Shown: positions 1 to 11,919 of the stretch, piece after piece
Numbering within the stretch: position 1 is the first letter of the stretch
Layout: each line of letters begins with the position of its first letter
Origin: Bacteroidaceae bacterium
Lineage (GTDB): Bacteria; Bacteroidota; Bacteroidia; Bacteroidales; Barnesiellaceae_A
NCBI GenBank assembly: GCA_017481745.1
Contig: JAFUOV010000009.1
Span: forward strand, 54,603 to 118,602
DNA: 64,000 nucleotides
Reading direction: 5' to 3'
Notes under the pieces: model-generated
The model's database searches: none
Seen by the model: only the letters and a program-made list of their open reading frames with translations
Told to the model about the DNA's origin: nothing
Made by a program: the position numbers and the translations under genes

Positions 1-3000
1 CACGCGCATTGGTCATGGTCTGTAGCGAGAAGTTGAGCGACTTGGTCAAGTTCCATTGTATCGAGAATTGACGATCCCACAAGAAGTTCTTGCTTACTGC
101 CACCGGCAGTTCTATGCCTTTTATACCCGATACGATGGCATTGAGGTCGCGCACTTGTTGCTCGTAGTAGTAGCGCGAAATATTGGTGCTGAAAGAGATG
201 TTGGTGGGTACATAGTTCAGCTCCCACTCTTTCAGGAATTTGGCGTTTTTAGACTTGCTATTTATCTTCTCAAACGGCTTGAAGGGCTTGACGTACGGTG
301 TGTAGCTGTATGTCAGGCTGCCTCGGTGGTCGTATGTATTCTCGTAGTCGGTAGTGGGGTCTTCGTTGCTTTGGCGGTTATACGAGTAGTTGAGTGTAAA
401 GTTGGCAGGGTCGTAGGGCATCGGGTTTTTGCTCTTGATGTTTACCTTCACACCACTCACACTCAAGCTCTCGACCTTGCGACGTTCTACGGCAAGCGAG
501 TTGATAGAATCTTTCTCGGCTTTGGTCTCGGCTGCATCCAAGGCATCAGCCAACTTCACGTCTTCGTCGATAGGATTGTACTTGGGCGAGGTTATTTGTT
601 CGGAGTACGAGTAGTATACAGGAACCGATACCTGCGCCTTCTCGGGCAGGAAGCGACCCAAGTCTATCTGTGTGGCAACGTTGTATTGGTAGTAATCGTC
701 CATGCGACGTTGTGTGAGGCTCTGGTCTATCGAGCCGAAACCCGATGTCTCAAGGTTACCGCCCACATTGATGGTGGCAATATCCGATATGCTCAGGTTG
801 ACATTTGCCTTGGCAGCCCAACCGCCATCTTGGTCGAAGTCGGTGAGGCGCAACTCATTGACCCAAACAGTACCATTCTTGGTGCTACCCGAGTTGTTGC
901 GCACACCAATGAGCATGGTGCGAATGTTTGACAATGACGGGTTACCCACCACAGTCATGCGGTTGCGTTCGTTGGCGGGGTCGTATATCGAGTAGGGCTC
1001 GGCAAACGAGGCATTGGAGCTATTGGCACGCTTGTCGTTGTTGCGTTGTGTCTTCAATTGAGGCAGACGATCCAGCTCTATGTCAAACATATTCTCTACG
1101 GGCCATACGGTATATTGGTCGCTCGAATTGTAGGTGCTGTATATGCCCTCGGGGGTGAGGGTAAGAGGTATCTCATACTCATAGTAGTTTGAGCGGCTGT
1201 CGCTACCCATACGTATGAAGATAGAGAGGTCGCCATTCTTCAAGTCGGTATAGTCGTCTATCAGTTGCTCGGCGTGAACAAACATCTGTAAGCGCTTATA
1301 GTGGCGCAAGTCCATATTGATGTTTTTGTATACGGCACGTGCATCGCCCGATTGCAGGTCGGTGATTTTGAGCGAGAGAGCCTGCTCATTGAGCTGTGTG
1401 GCTTGTGTCTGGCTGGGGTCGACAATACGTGTTACACCGGGAGGCAACACATAGTTGACGGGGCGTTGTCCGGCATTCTCCTCAATATTCACTACACCCA
1501 TGTCTATGTCGCCTTGTGCGGGTGCCTCGCCTCGATTGTTGAGCGAATATTTATATTTGCGCCACTCGCCGCGTACCAGCTCGAATGTGGCAAAACGCAA
1601 GTGGGTGGGTTTCTTAAATCCTGTCATGAACATACGCATGAAACGTATGGTCTTGAAGTCGTTGATTGAGCCCACGCGGCTTTCAAACTCCGATACGGGT
1701 ATCTTGAACTGATACCATACGGCACGACCCTTCTGACCGTTACGCAGGGTTACTTCGGTAGAGGTCGAGTCGGTAATAAAATTGCGACCCACCTTCAAGT
1801 CCTCGGGGCGTATAGATATGCGGTATTGGAAGTATCGCTCATATTCGTTGAGGGTGTTATCTTGGTTTACATCCTCTACGTCGGGCACACTACGTGCCGA
1901 TTGGTAGTAGATATCGTCAACATCCTCGCTCGATGCCGAGTTGCCCTCTACACCGTTGTATCGTTTGTATCGCTCGAGTACCGACAGCTGTTGGTTGTCG
2001 TAGTCGACACCGCGATAGAAGTGGTATTTGTCGCCGGCAGGGTCGTTGTAGGGCGAGAATTGGTCTTCGCGCATGCGCGCTTGTGCTGTCGCCGACAACT
2101 TGTTGTTGAGCTGCTCTATAAAGTTGCGATAAGTGTCAAACGAGTACTCCTCTTCGTTGGTAAGACCATCGATACCTACGTCTTGTTTTTTGCGCGAGCC
2201 GGCAGTATTGTCAAAGGCATAGGTGAGCGATTGGTTGCGCGACACCTTACCCCAATTGGTTGTTACTACGTGTGTAGTATCCTCGTCGATGGGCAATCCG
2301 TTCTCAAACGATTTCATACCATCCTTCAGTACATCTTCCGATATTTCACCCAAGTTGATATAGAAATCACCACCCTCATAGTTGTCGTTCTCGGGGTCGA
2401 GGAAGGGGTCCATCATCCAGAATCGTATTGTTTCGATGTTACCTGTCTCAAAGTCGGTATTGTCCATCTTGCGCATAATACCACCCCAGCGCTGTTCGGG
2501 ATTTAACAAGTTGCCCTCGCTGTCAATTTGCTCGGCATCAACGTTGTACGGACCACGTTCCTCGGGATAGAACGACAGGTTGAGTGTCTGTATGGTCGTG
2601 CTCTCGCCGTATGTAAGCTCTTTGTTGGGGAACATCTCATGGATGCTCACTTCGCGAACATAAGGGTTGGAGAGTTGGTCTAAGTCGTTCTGTATATAAG
2701 TAGGTGCAAGCGAGGTGTGCTTGTCGGTAAACATGCGGTCGATGTAGTACCATGACAACAAAGCACGATTTTTGCCATATTCGGGGTCGTTATTGAGTTG
2801 CGACTCGGCAAACATTGAAGGGGTAGATGCCAAGTTCCATGCATAGGGCGAGCGCAAGTCTACACCGGTCTGGGTCGACTCGAAGTCGTCGAGATACGAC
2901 ATGCCCTCTTGGCTGCCCTGCTTGGCTTTGTGGGTTACAAGGTTGGCAAACTCGCCGTTGATTGAGAGGGTCGACGGCGCGGTTGCATTGACCGTAGGTA

Positions 3001-5343
3001 TGGCGTTGAGCCAGTTTGTAAGCCAGTTGAACTGCGTATTGTACGAGAAATTCATACCCCACAATGTATTGTTGAGCAACTCATCGCCGGTATTTACTTT
3101 ATTCGTAATAGGCTTTTCCGACAGGTGCAGGATAGTACCTCCCACCTTAAAATCTTTGCTGAATGCGTATGTAAGGTCAAGACCCAACATCGTCTTGCGT
3201 TGCATGTTGAAGAGCGATTGGTTCTCGAGCGATACATTAATAGGTGTTCCGGCATCAATAATACTCTGATTGAGTATTCGCACCGTACCCATTGTATAGT
3301 CTACGGTATAGTCGCTGTTCTCTACAAGTGTTACACCTCCGGCTGTTACCACAACCGAGCCTCGGGGAACATTCATTGCACCCAGACTTATCTCCGAGCC
3401 CGACGAGGCTTGATATTCGCCCATGATGACAAACTTGTTTCTGTCCGAAACCTGTTGCGCTACGGTGAGGGTCGAGTCGTACAGCTCTTGGAATATATAT
3501 TTCTTGGCTATCTCTTCATCGCCGATAGCTTGGGCAAGATGGCTGCCAAAAGGTTCTACAACAGGGAAGATAATACGTCCGTTGCTCGATTGTACGGTGT
3601 AGCCCTCGATATAGTCGAAGATACCGTCGGGATTGCTCTCTTGGTTGGCATCAAGGCGGTCGAGGTTCATCGCTTGCAGCAATGTCTTGTTTGAGATATT
3701 GCCGGCAGGAATGTAGTTGAGCAACACACCTGTGGTGTCGCTCAAGTACTTGATATCGAGACGGAAGTGGTCTTTCTTCAGTTGATAGGCATTGAGTGAA
3801 TAGACGTTTTTCATCATCAAGTCCCAGATGGGCAGTTGAGGCGAAACGGTTACACCTTTCAGCAGTTTCAAGTAGAGACTTTGATCTATCGAGGTGATGT
3901 CCGATGCAAACTCACCTACTTGATACACTTGTCCGGCGTAGGTATATTCGTAGGCAACAGCCACCATTTCGTCGCTATTGAGCGCTACCTTCAGCGAGAT
4001 GTAACCCAATGCGCTGTTGAGGGTGTATTCGTTGGAGTTGAGCTTGCGGGCGCTCTCAATCTTCACGTAGTCTTGTCCGCCCTCGATGCCATATGCAGCA
4101 AGTCCCTCGAGCGCTTTTGAAACATTGTTGATGTTACGAGCGTCGGGGTACTGTGTTTTTATCTCATTCATCAAGGTGTTGGCATTGTTGGCGGGTAGGG
4201 GATTGCCCGAGCCTTTCCAGTGGCTGTTTTGGATGTGTTGGCTCTCTGCCAAGTCCATGAAGCCCACAATGTTACGCGCTTGGTCGTAATTGCCTTGCTT
4301 GTTGGTTACCCATACCTCAATGCGGTTGATGGTGATACCCGATTGTACGTAGGGCAGTTTCGAGGCAAATTGGTCGTAGTTGTCGCGGAAGTAGTGCGCC
4401 AGGAAGAAGTGGCGGTTCTCGTCGTAGGCATCGGCGTTAAGCTCAAAGGGGGTTGTCTGTACGCCACCACTTGTACTTACACTCTTGCTCTCCGATTGTT
4501 GTTGCGATACAAGGGCTGTTGCCGTCAACTTGCCATATTGCAGGGTCGTCTTGAAACCAAACAACGATGTGCTACCTCGTATAAGCGACGAACCGGTAGT
4601 CATCGACACATTACCCGCCTCAATATTCTTGATGATATCGTCTTCTTCGCCTTGAAATTGCAACTTCAAATTTTGCGAGTCAAAGGCAAATGTCGCATCG
4701 GTGTTGTAGTTCATATTGAACCCCAATTTGTTACCCACCTTGGCATTGATAGTGGCTTGTATCTTGGTGTCGAAGTCGAAGTAGGTCTTTGAACGCGCCT
4801 CGACCGATAGGGCTGGGTTGTCTATCTTGTTGTATTTCACACCCATGTTCAGCTCTACGCTACCTTGGGTTTTCAGTTGCACACCACCGGGACCGAATAC
4901 CTTCTCGAGAGGACCCAAACTGAAGTTCATATCGAGAAAGTCAAATTTGTTTTTCTCGGCAGCCTTGGGGTCGAAGGCATTTTTCTCGCGGTAGAATGCC
5001 TCCATCGACTTGCGGAACGAGTAGTCTTTATACTCGTCGGCTGTCATCATATAGGGGGTAGAAACCTCGGTCTCGCCCACGCGCGTACGCAAAATGTAGC
5101 TATTGGTCGATGGGTCATACTCGATGTCCGACTTGATGTTGTCGGGCGTATGCAAGTCTACCGCACCTTTTTCGCCTATCTCTTCATAGTTTGCGGGTAC
5201 GGTCTTGGTTACAGGAAAGCGCACAGTGCTATCCGACACAGCTTTCTGCGACGAAGCCGAGCCTTGAGCATGGGTAGGAAGCAATGCACTTGCCAAACCC
5301 ACTGTGAGAATAAGAATGATTAGAAATCTCTCTATTTTTTTCA
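1..5343 (-). CDS. sprA: Cell-surface protein SprA (T9SS translocon/gliding motility). The N-terminal ~1780 aa are present and the C-terminus runs off the left edge of the window
   Basis: This gene is missing from the ORF track because its stop lies outside the window. My manual reverse-complement translation from the ATG at 5343 was taken through roughly the first 1 kb. It gives MKKIERFLIILILTVGLASALLPTHAQG... (signal peptide), then ...FDFLDMNFSLGPLEKVFGPGGVQLKTQGSVELNMGVKYNKIDNPAL...NIEAGNVSMTTGSSLIRGSTSLFGFKTTLQYGKLTATALVSQQQSESK, which is typical of SprA. Extension to position 1 is inferred: no other credible gene is present, only short V/G/R-rich plus-strand ORFs. Adjacency to ruvA is common in Bacteroidota. 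Confidence 0.85.
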
Positions 5344-5380
5344 TCTATGCGTGCGCCTTAACTTTATACCAAGTCGAGCG

Positions 5381-5965
5381 TCATAACATCTTCAATGCCT
5401 GTTTTATGACATCCTCGACCCGTATACCCGGCGTATCTTGCAATAGCTTTTGAACAACCTTTTGCGATGCTTGGGGCGGAAATCCCAGCATTGATAAGGC
5501 GGCTACAGCCTCCTCGTAAGTTGCCGATACTTGGGGCATACTACTTACTAACGGAGAACCTACCGCTTTTATTTTATCTTTGAGGTCAACAATTATTCTT
5601 TGTGCTGTTTTGGCACCTATTCCTTTTACCGATTTTAGCAACCCAACATTCTCTGTGGCAATTACTTGCTCAAACTCTTCGGGCGATAATCCCGATAAAA
5701 TCATACGTGCAGTATTGGGACCTACACCCGACACCGATAGCAGTAGCTGAAACAATTCGCGCTCTTTGCGACTCTTGAAACCATACAGGATGTAGGCATC
5801 TTCGCGGATTGCCTCGTGTACCAACAATCGTGTTGCCTCTCCTTGTTTCAACCCCGAGAATGTATTGAGTGTTATATGAAGCAGATAACCTACTCCGCCT
5901 CTGGTCTCTATTACTGCCGATGCAGGGGTGAGTTCTACCACTTCACCTGTTATATATTCTATCAT
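5381..5965 (-). CDS. ruvA: Holliday junction branch migration complex subunit RuvA
   Basis: 194 aa. MIEYITGEVVELTP...GGVGYLLHITLNTF, HhH motifs (VSGVGPNTARMILS, VKGIGAKTAQRIIVDLK) and a C-terminal domain III. Confidence 0.95.
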   Translation of the reverse strand: MIEYITGEVVELTPASAVIETRGGVGYLLHITLNTFSGLKQGEATRLLVHEAIREDAYILYGFKSRKERELFQLLLSVSGVGPNTARMILSGLSPEEFEQVIATENVGLLKSVKGIGAKTAQRIIVDLKDKIKAVGSPLVSSMPQVSATYEEAVAALSMLGFPPQASQKVVQKLLQDTPGIRVEDVIKQALKML

Positions 5966-6033
5966 GATTGTTCTTGTTTCTTATCTTTTATATAAGCAAA
6001 GGTAATACAAAGATTTGTATTAACAAAGTCCTC

Positions 6034-6429
6034 CTATTTAAAGTAGCTTTTTACCCAATATCTTCCTGCCAATATACCCACAATAGCACCGGCTGCATTG
6101 GCGATGAAGTCGAGGTAATCGCTGTGGCGACCTATGCCCATGTAGTCTTGTATCAACTCTATTGCTCCACCCATGGCGGTGGCAATGAGGGCTGCCACAA
6201 CAAGTGCTATGCCTTCCTTTGAGCAGTTGCCACGACGGTAGTAGTCGAAGCAGAATGTACCGGTGAGCCCGCCATACATAATGAAGTGTATCACCTTATC
6301 GGCTCCGGGGAATAGTAGCAGTGGTATTTCATCGGGCATAGGGTCGGGGGCTAACGATATGTATAATATCGCTATAATAACCAATGCTGTGGGCAGATAG
6401 GGTGGTATGTTGCGTATCAATCGGAGCAT
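6034..6429 (-). CDS. VanZ family membrane protein
   Basis: 131 aa with 4 predicted TM segments and the VanZ-like core DKVIHFIMYGGLT...ELIQ...GR..D..D..AN..G. Confidence 0.75.
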   Translation of the reverse strand: MLRLIRNIPPYLPTALVIIAILYISLAPDPMPDEIPLLLFPGADKVIHFIMYGGLTGTFCFDYYRRGNCSKEGIALVVAALIATAMGGAIELIQDYMGIGRHSDYLDFIANAAGAIVGILAGRYWVKSYFK

Positions 6430-6537
6430 GCAGTCTGTTTTAAAAATACCTAAAAACCAAAATTTTTTATTTTAACGCAAAAGTATTAAATTTGCCGATA
6501 ATAGCATAAAACTATTGTCGAAAATAATGCAACAGCC

Positions 6538-6915
6538 ATGAACAAAAACAATATGCTCGATATGTGGATGACGATACCTCGCGGACAACGTCGGGTATTG
6601 ATATTGTTGGTGTGCATCATCGTTATATTGTCGGTTGTGCAAGCGGTTGTGTCGCTGCAACGCAATAGCAGCGAAGAGCCTGCTGCCGACTACTCGCTCT
6701 TGGAACAAGAAATTGCCGACTTTCGTTCACAACTCGATACCATTCCGCTCGACGAGCGCCGTCCGGTGTATGTACGTCGCACCAATGTCGAGCCCGATAC
6801 GGCTGTCAATGCGCAACAAACAAGACGAAAATACAAGCGTAACACCTCAAATAAACAACAACACACGCCTCGCGCAATAGAATCCATGCAGCGCGTTGGC
6901 GATGCCGAAAAATAG
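6538..6915 (+). CDS. Hypothetical membrane-anchored protein with a basic low-complexity tail
   Basis: 125 aa ORF with a single N-terminal TM segment (RRVLILLVCIIVILSVVQAVVSL). It fills the gap between vanZ and folP. I recognise no family. Confidence 0.4.
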   Translation: MNKNNMLDMWMTIPRGQRRVLILLVCIIVILSVVQAVVSLQRNSSEEPAADYSLLEQEIADFRSQLDTIPLDERRPVYVRRTNVEPDTAVNAQQTRRKYKRNTSNKQQHTPRAIESMQRVGDAEK

Positions 6916-7009
6916 CCGCTCGATTTCTATAAAAAATAAATGCCGTTTCGTTGTGGCTGTTTCGTATAAATGTTGTAACTTCGCTTGTTCTAATGCTTGA
7001 TATGGGTAT

Positions 7010-7870
7010 ATGCTTATAGATAATTGCAATAAGAAACTCTCTCTCAATGTAGGAGGTCGCTTGCTCGACTTGTCGCGCCCGCAGGTGATGGGTATACTCA
7101 ATGTTACCCCCGATTCGTTCTACGACGGCAGCCGCTGTCCCAATGACGATGCGGTAGCTGCTCGGGTACAGGCTATTCTTGCCGAAGGTGCCGATATGAT
7201 AGATATAGGAGGCTATTCGTCGCGCTCGGGTTGTGCCGATGTGAGTGTCGATGAGGAGAAGCGCCGTTTGGCAATAGGACTTGAGGCAATACGTCGTCAG
7301 TCGCCCGAGGCTGTCGTTTCGGTCGATACGTTCCGTGCCGAGGTAGCTCGCTGGTGTGTCGAGCAATATGGTGTGCAGATTATCAATGATATATCGGCAG
7401 GCGAGTTGGACGATGCCATGTTCGATACAGTAGCACAACTGCAAGTGCCATACATCATGATGCACATGCGAGGTACGCCCACGTCGATGATGCAGAGTCA
7501 ATATCTGCATTACGATGATGTTGTGGCAGATGTCTTGCAATACTTTGCAGCCAAGATAGACCGCCTTACTTACATGGGTGTGAACGATATAATACTCGAC
7601 CCCGGTTTCGGCTTTAGCAAGACTGTCGACGACAACTATCGCTTGATGTATCATCTCGACGAATTTGCCCGCATAGGCTTGCCTCTATTGGTGGGAATAT
7701 CGCGCAAATCAATGATTTACAAACTACTCGATATCACTCCTGCCGAGAGCCTCAATGGCACAACAGCCCTCAATGTGTTGGCATTGTTGGGTGGTGCCAA
7801 TATCCTGCGTGTGCATGATGTAAAACAAGCTGTTGAGGCAGTGAAAATTGTTGGTAAAACTATTCAATAA
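7010..7870 (+). CDS. folP: Dihydropteroate synthase
   Basis: 286 aa. Motifs: RPQVMGILNVTPDSFYDGS, DIGGYSSRSG, INDISAG, MHMRGTP, DPGFGFSKT, GISRKSMI. Confidence 0.93.
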   Translation: MLIDNCNKKLSLNVGGRLLDLSRPQVMGILNVTPDSFYDGSRCPNDDAVAARVQAILAEGADMIDIGGYSSRSGCADVSVDEEKRRLAIGLEAIRRQSPEAVVSVDTFRAEVARWCVEQYGVQIINDISAGELDDAMFDTVAQLQVPYIMMHMRGTPTSMMQSQYLHYDDVVADVLQYFAAKIDRLTYMGVNDIILDPGFGFSKTVDDNYRLMYHLDEFARIGLPLLVGISRKSMIYKLLDITPAESLNGTTALNVLALLGGANILRVHDVKQAVEAVKIVGKTIQ

Positions 7871-7895
7871 TACTCAATTCAATACCTGAAGTTTT

Positions 7896-8651
7896 ATGAT
7901 AGAATTTGGAATAAAAGATGCCATAGATATTCTTATAGTAGCCCTCTTGCTATATTATCTTTTCAAACTGATGAAGGAGTCGGGTGCTATTAAGATTTTC
8001 AGCGGATTGATAGCCTTTGTCATCGTATGGGTGGTATGTCGTCTTATCCTCGATATGCGCTTATTGGGCGCTATTATGGATACTTTTATGAACATTGGTA
8101 TCTTGATTATTGTTATACTATTTCAGGAAGAGATACGACGGTTTCTCATCGAGCTCGGTTCGCGCAATCGTTGGAAGTTTCTGTTGAGTATTTTCCAGAA
8201 GAATGATAAAGAGCAGGTCAAGCCCTATGTAATGCCCATTGTCTATGCCTGCATGAGCATGGCAAAGACCAAGACCGGAGCTCTTATTGTATTGGAACGT
8301 ACCACTCCGCTCGACAAGTATGCCCGCAGTGGCGAGCCTATCAATGCCGATGTGAACGCCCGCCTTATTGAGAATATATTCTTCAAAAACAGCCCATTGC
8401 ACGATGGCGCGATGATTATATCGGACAATCGTATTGAAGCTGCATCGTGCATATTGCCGGTATCGCACAATACCGATATACCCAAGTCGCTCGGTTTGCG
8501 ACATCGCTCGGCTTTGGGTATCAGTCAAGAAACCGATGCCATAGCTATTATTGTCAGCGAAGAGACCGGCAATATATCGGTGGCGCATAATGGTAAATTC
8601 CAGCTGGCTCTCTCTGCCAAAGACTTGGAAGACCTGCTTGCCAAAAGCTGA
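7896..8651 (+). CDS. cdaA: Diadenylate cyclase CdaA (c-di-AMP synthase)
   Basis: 251 aa. Three N-terminal TM helices followed by a DisA_N/DAC domain (GALIVLER..., SPLHDGAMII, GLRHRSALGISQETDAIAIIVSEETG). Confidence 0.9.
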   Translation: MIEFGIKDAIDILIVALLLYYLFKLMKESGAIKIFSGLIAFVIVWVVCRLILDMRLLGAIMDTFMNIGILIIVILFQEEIRRFLIELGSRNRWKFLLSIFQKNDKEQVKPYVMPIVYACMSMAKTKTGALIVLERTTPLDKYARSGEPINADVNARLIENIFFKNSPLHDGAMIISDNRIEAASCILPVSHNTDIPKSLGLRHRSALGISQETDAIAIIVSEETGNISVAHNGKFQLALSAKDLEDLLAKS

Positions 8652-8708
8652 TGCCTAATCTGCCTTTTTTATAAATGATTGTGTATAAATAAATTTTTTA
8701 CACATTCA

Positions 8709-8739
8709 CTTGTAATTTCAATATTTATTTTTACCTTTG
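8709..8739 (+). promoter_or_regulatory. Candidate Bacteroidota sigma-A promoter (cTTG-N19-TAccTTTG) upstream of the Sel1-like gene
   Basis: TACCTTTG at 8732-8739 matches the -7 consensus TAnnTTTG. A partial -33 element (CTTG) lies at 8709-8712. The ATG is at 8764. Confidence 0.4.
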
Positions 8740-8763
8740 ACACGACCTTAATATCTTAATCTT

Positions 8764-9090
8764 ATGAGAATACACAGTTTATCACCCGAAGAGTTGGCTG
8801 CTTTGGAACAATTGGCAGCCGGTGGAAATCGCGATGCACAACTCGATCTTGCCGACTGTCTGTTGGTGGGTCATGGTTATGAGAAATGTCCCGAGCGAGC
8901 ATTCGAAATTTACAACACGATATATTATAACGGCGTGTCGGCATCGACCGAGAACAACCATTACGACCGCGTGATGGATGGTCTTATATACTGCTATAAT
9001 AATGGTGTAGGTGTAGACCGCGACGAAGACAAAGCAAGCCGTTTGAGTGCCGAACGACACAATTCGTGGGATGCCCTCGACGAAAAGTGA
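8764..9090 (+). CDS. Small Sel1-like repeat (TPR-family) protein
   Basis: 108 aa. LAAGGNRDAQLDLADCLLVGHGYEKCPERAFEIY and YCYNNGVGVDRDEDKASRL resemble Sel1 repeats. Confidence 0.5.
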   Translation: MRIHSLSPEELAALEQLAAGGNRDAQLDLADCLLVGHGYEKCPERAFEIYNTIYYNGVSASTENNHYDRVMDGLIYCYNNGVGVDRDEDKASRLSAERHNSWDALDEK

Positions 9091-9111
9091 TTGAAATAAT
9101 TGATGTTGAAT

Positions 9112-9155
9112 AAACGAGGCGGTGTCAAGAAGTTTCTTGACACCGCCTCGTTTTT
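9112..9155. terminator. Bidirectional intrinsic terminator between convergent genes
   Basis: Near-perfect inverted repeat AAACGAGGCGGTGTCAAGAA / TTCTTGACACCGCCTCGTTT. It has an A-run on the left and a T-run on the right. Confidence 0.7.
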
Positions 9156-9171
9156 GGTATGCTCACATTTA

Positions 9172-11592
9172 TCAGAATGTAAATACTGCATTAGCACCAA
9201 ATGTGATGGGGCGACCTTGTTGTGCAAAGGCGTTGGGTTGTGCAGGATTTACGGCATTGGTTGTCTCAAAATAGAAGGTGTTGTATTGTGTGCAAGTGAG
9301 GTTCTTGCCCCACAAGCCTACCTCCAACCAGCGCCACTTGTATGTGAGTGTGGCATCGAGTAGGGCGTAGAACGGTTGCTTGACACTGTTGTCTTCGGTC
9401 CAATATATATCGCCGTGTCCCGAGCCGAGTACAGCCAATGTCAAGGCGTGTTCTCGGGCAAACTCCCATGTGTATGCTCCGCTCACCGACAACGAGTGCA
9501 TGGGTGCAAAGGGTACATATTTGCCGGCATAGTTGATATATCCGAGTTTGCCCTCTTCGCCCAGTTCATACTCTTTGAATGTGGCATGGGTGTAGCCATA
9601 GGCTGCTGTAAATCGCAGATTGTCGATAGGTGTGATACCTATCGAGGCTTCCAAACCGTAGCTTTCGGTGCGACCCGAGTTGCGTGTTACACGACCGTAA
9701 CCGCTCACTGCCGAGAGTTGTTGGTCGCGGCAATCAATATAGAACAAGGTGAGTTCGGTGTTGATGCGTTTATTCCACATATTGCCACGCACACCTACCT
9801 CGTAGTTCCAGCTATATTCGGGCTTGTACGCAATGGCATCCTCAACATTTATATCGCTGTTATTGCCTGCCAAACCGCCAAATATCTTGTCGATTTGGGC
9901 AATGATACCTTGTGTCATGGGGCTGTCGCCCATCATATTGCGTATGGTCTCGGCTGCGTTGTCGCCTACCGAGTTTATCATGCCTCCTCGCATCTGTGCT
10001 TGAATGAGGTTGGAGAAGGCTTGATAGTTGTAGCCTCCCGAGCGATAACCGCGTGCCACCGAGGCGTATGCCATAAAGTCTTTGTTCAGTACATATTTAA
10101 GTTCCAATTTGGGCAGGAACTCAACACTCTCTTGTTGCAGATTTCCGTCAAGACCCAAGTCGCACGAGTAGGGGATGGGCATGGGGTTGGGTCCCATGGC
10201 AATATTGGCAACTCCTGTAAGGGGCTCGGCGGTGTAGGTGTTGTGCATAAGTTGCATGTTTTCATACTCTACGCGAGCACCGAGCGTTGCCGAGAAGTTC
10301 GAGCCAAAGATGCGTTTGGCTTCAACCTGTCCAAATGCTGCCAATGAGTATGACGGGGTATAATATTTGCCTTCTATGTTCAATGTGTTGTTGTGCACAT
10401 CTATAGTTATGTCGGGCATCTTGGGATTTTGTGCCTTGGCGGCTGCCATAGCGGCATTGGTAGTGCCTTCTATAAGATAGGTGATACCGTCTTCAAGAAA
10501 ACTTACCGGTGCATCGACGTGAAGGTCTTGGTATGAACCAAAAACACCGGCTGTCCAACCCCAGTGTTCGTTGCCATATCCGCGCAATGCAACCTCTTGA
10601 GTTATAGTGTGTAGACGTTGTTTCTGTCCGAGGGTAAAGACACTCATCGCAGTGAAGTCTTGGTCCATGCGCATCTCGTCGTCGAGGTGTTGATAGCCTG
10701 TGGACGAGGTCAAGTAGAACTTGTCGTGGCGATACTCCATTTGCAAGCCTACGTTGAGCAGATTGCGCAAGTAGCTCGACGGTGAGTTATATGCGATCTC
10801 GCCTGTTGTATATGAGGCGTAGGGGTAGCCGTCTTGATAGCTATGCTCAAAGCTGGTGGTAAGACTCCACTTCACGCGGCTCGACGAGCGCCAGTCTATT
10901 TGCAGGCGACCATTGGCTGTATATCGGTCGCCACTTGTCTTGCCGGTGTATGTGTTCTTGTAGAAGCCGTCATACTCCTCATATTTGGCACCTACCGATA
11001 TTGCCAAGTCGTCGGTGATTTTCTGGCTTGTCAGAGCCGAAACATTCCACGATGCATAGTTGCCGCCACCAAGTTGTATGCGAGTACCTTGCTTGTGTAG
11101 GGGCGAGTGGGTGTATATGTTGATAAGACCTGCCATGGTATTACGACCATAAAGCGTGCCTTGCGGACCACGCAGCACCTCAATGCGAGCCACATCAAGA
11201 AAGTCCATATCGTAGGCACTCTTGTCCAAGTAGGGCATGTTATTGACGTTGACACCTACTGCCGGCGAGTTGATGCGTGAACCTATACCGCGAATGTATG
11301 CCGAAGTGATGAGGTTCGACCCATAGTCGGGGATATACACGTTGCCTGCTACTGCCGGTATATCTTTTACCGATGTTATATTGTATTGTTGCATGGCTTG
11401 TTCGCCGAGCAATGTAACAGATGCCGGCATTTCAAAAAGTTCCGACTCGATTTTTGGATTACAAACAATAGTGATTTCATCGAGCGTGTATGAACGAATT
11501 GATGTTGTATCTTGTTCTATAACGTTGCTCCATACATTCAAAGCAAAAAATGATGCTACGATAGTTAATAGAGTGTGTCGTGTGTTGAGCAT
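9172..11592 (-). CDS. TonB-dependent receptor (siderophore/cobalamin-type, no SusD partner)
   Basis: 806 aa. Signal peptide, then a plug domain (ITIV..., SVTLLGEQ, IRGIG..., ARIEVLRGPQGTLYGRNTMAGLINIYT), a long beta-barrel and a C-terminal aromatic residue (...AVFTF). Confidence 0.9.
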   Translation of the reverse strand: MLNTRHTLLTIVASFFALNVWSNVIEQDTTSIRSYTLDEITIVCNPKIESELFEMPASVTLLGEQAMQQYNITSVKDIPAVAGNVYIPDYGSNLITSAYIRGIGSRINSPAVGVNVNNMPYLDKSAYDMDFLDVARIEVLRGPQGTLYGRNTMAGLINIYTHSPLHKQGTRIQLGGGNYASWNVSALTSQKITDDLAISVGAKYEEYDGFYKNTYTGKTSGDRYTANGRLQIDWRSSSRVKWSLTTSFEHSYQDGYPYASYTTGEIAYNSPSSYLRNLLNVGLQMEYRHDKFYLTSSTGYQHLDDEMRMDQDFTAMSVFTLGQKQRLHTITQEVALRGYGNEHWGWTAGVFGSYQDLHVDAPVSFLEDGITYLIEGTTNAAMAAAKAQNPKMPDITIDVHNNTLNIEGKYYTPSYSLAAFGQVEAKRIFGSNFSATLGARVEYENMQLMHNTYTAEPLTGVANIAMGPNPMPIPYSCDLGLDGNLQQESVEFLPKLELKYVLNKDFMAYASVARGYRSGGYNYQAFSNLIQAQMRGGMINSVGDNAAETIRNMMGDSPMTQGIIAQIDKIFGGLAGNNSDINVEDAIAYKPEYSWNYEVGVRGNMWNKRINTELTLFYIDCRDQQLSAVSGYGRVTRNSGRTESYGLEASIGITPIDNLRFTAAYGYTHATFKEYELGEEGKLGYINYAGKYVPFAPMHSLSVSGAYTWEFAREHALTLAVLGSGHGDIYWTEDNSVKQPFYALLDATLTYKWRWLEVGLWGKNLTCTQYNTFYFETTNAVNPAQPNAFAQQGRPITFGANAVFTF

Positions 11593-11919
11593 ATTTATAA
11601 TATTATTAAAAATTTTTGCTGCAAAGTAATATCTTTTTTCAAATTTCTACAATCACTATTTGTTGTGATATTTTTAAGAAATATTGAAAGATTGCATTTA
11701 TTGACAAGCTATAAATATGACCGAATATTGCGGTCGTTAATAATATTTTTAGTATCTTTACACCGTCTTAGTGTGAGTTTTCACATGGGAATATTTTTGT
11801 TTATAAAATATTTTAAACGTATTGACTTGAAATTGAGTGTGTTACACTGATTTTGAGGAGCCAAAAGTATGCTCTCCACTCCCCGGGCGGGTTTCGAAGC
11901 TAATACGATAATACATAAT

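Noticed and set aside
56-5323. About 20 plus-strand ORFs (60-290 aa) listed by the track across the first 5.3 kb
   Set aside because: They are all antisense to one continuous minus-strand frame that I translated by hand from the 5343 ATG over roughly its first 1 kb into a convincing SprA N-terminus. The plus-strand products are V/G/R/L-rich strings with no motifs. They are shadow ORFs.
6806-7654. 282-aa minus-strand ORF
   Set aside because: It is antisense to folP, which has all the dihydropteroate synthase motifs.
11593-11868. Possible invertible (phase-variable) promoter upstream of upxY, as in Bacteroides fragilis capsule loci
   Set aside because: I looked for flanking inverted repeats and for the ARACGTWCGT-type invertase site. 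Only a half-match (AAACGTATTG at about 11815) is present, with no inverted partner. The remaining palindromes are 5 bp and AT-rich, so chance is sufficient.
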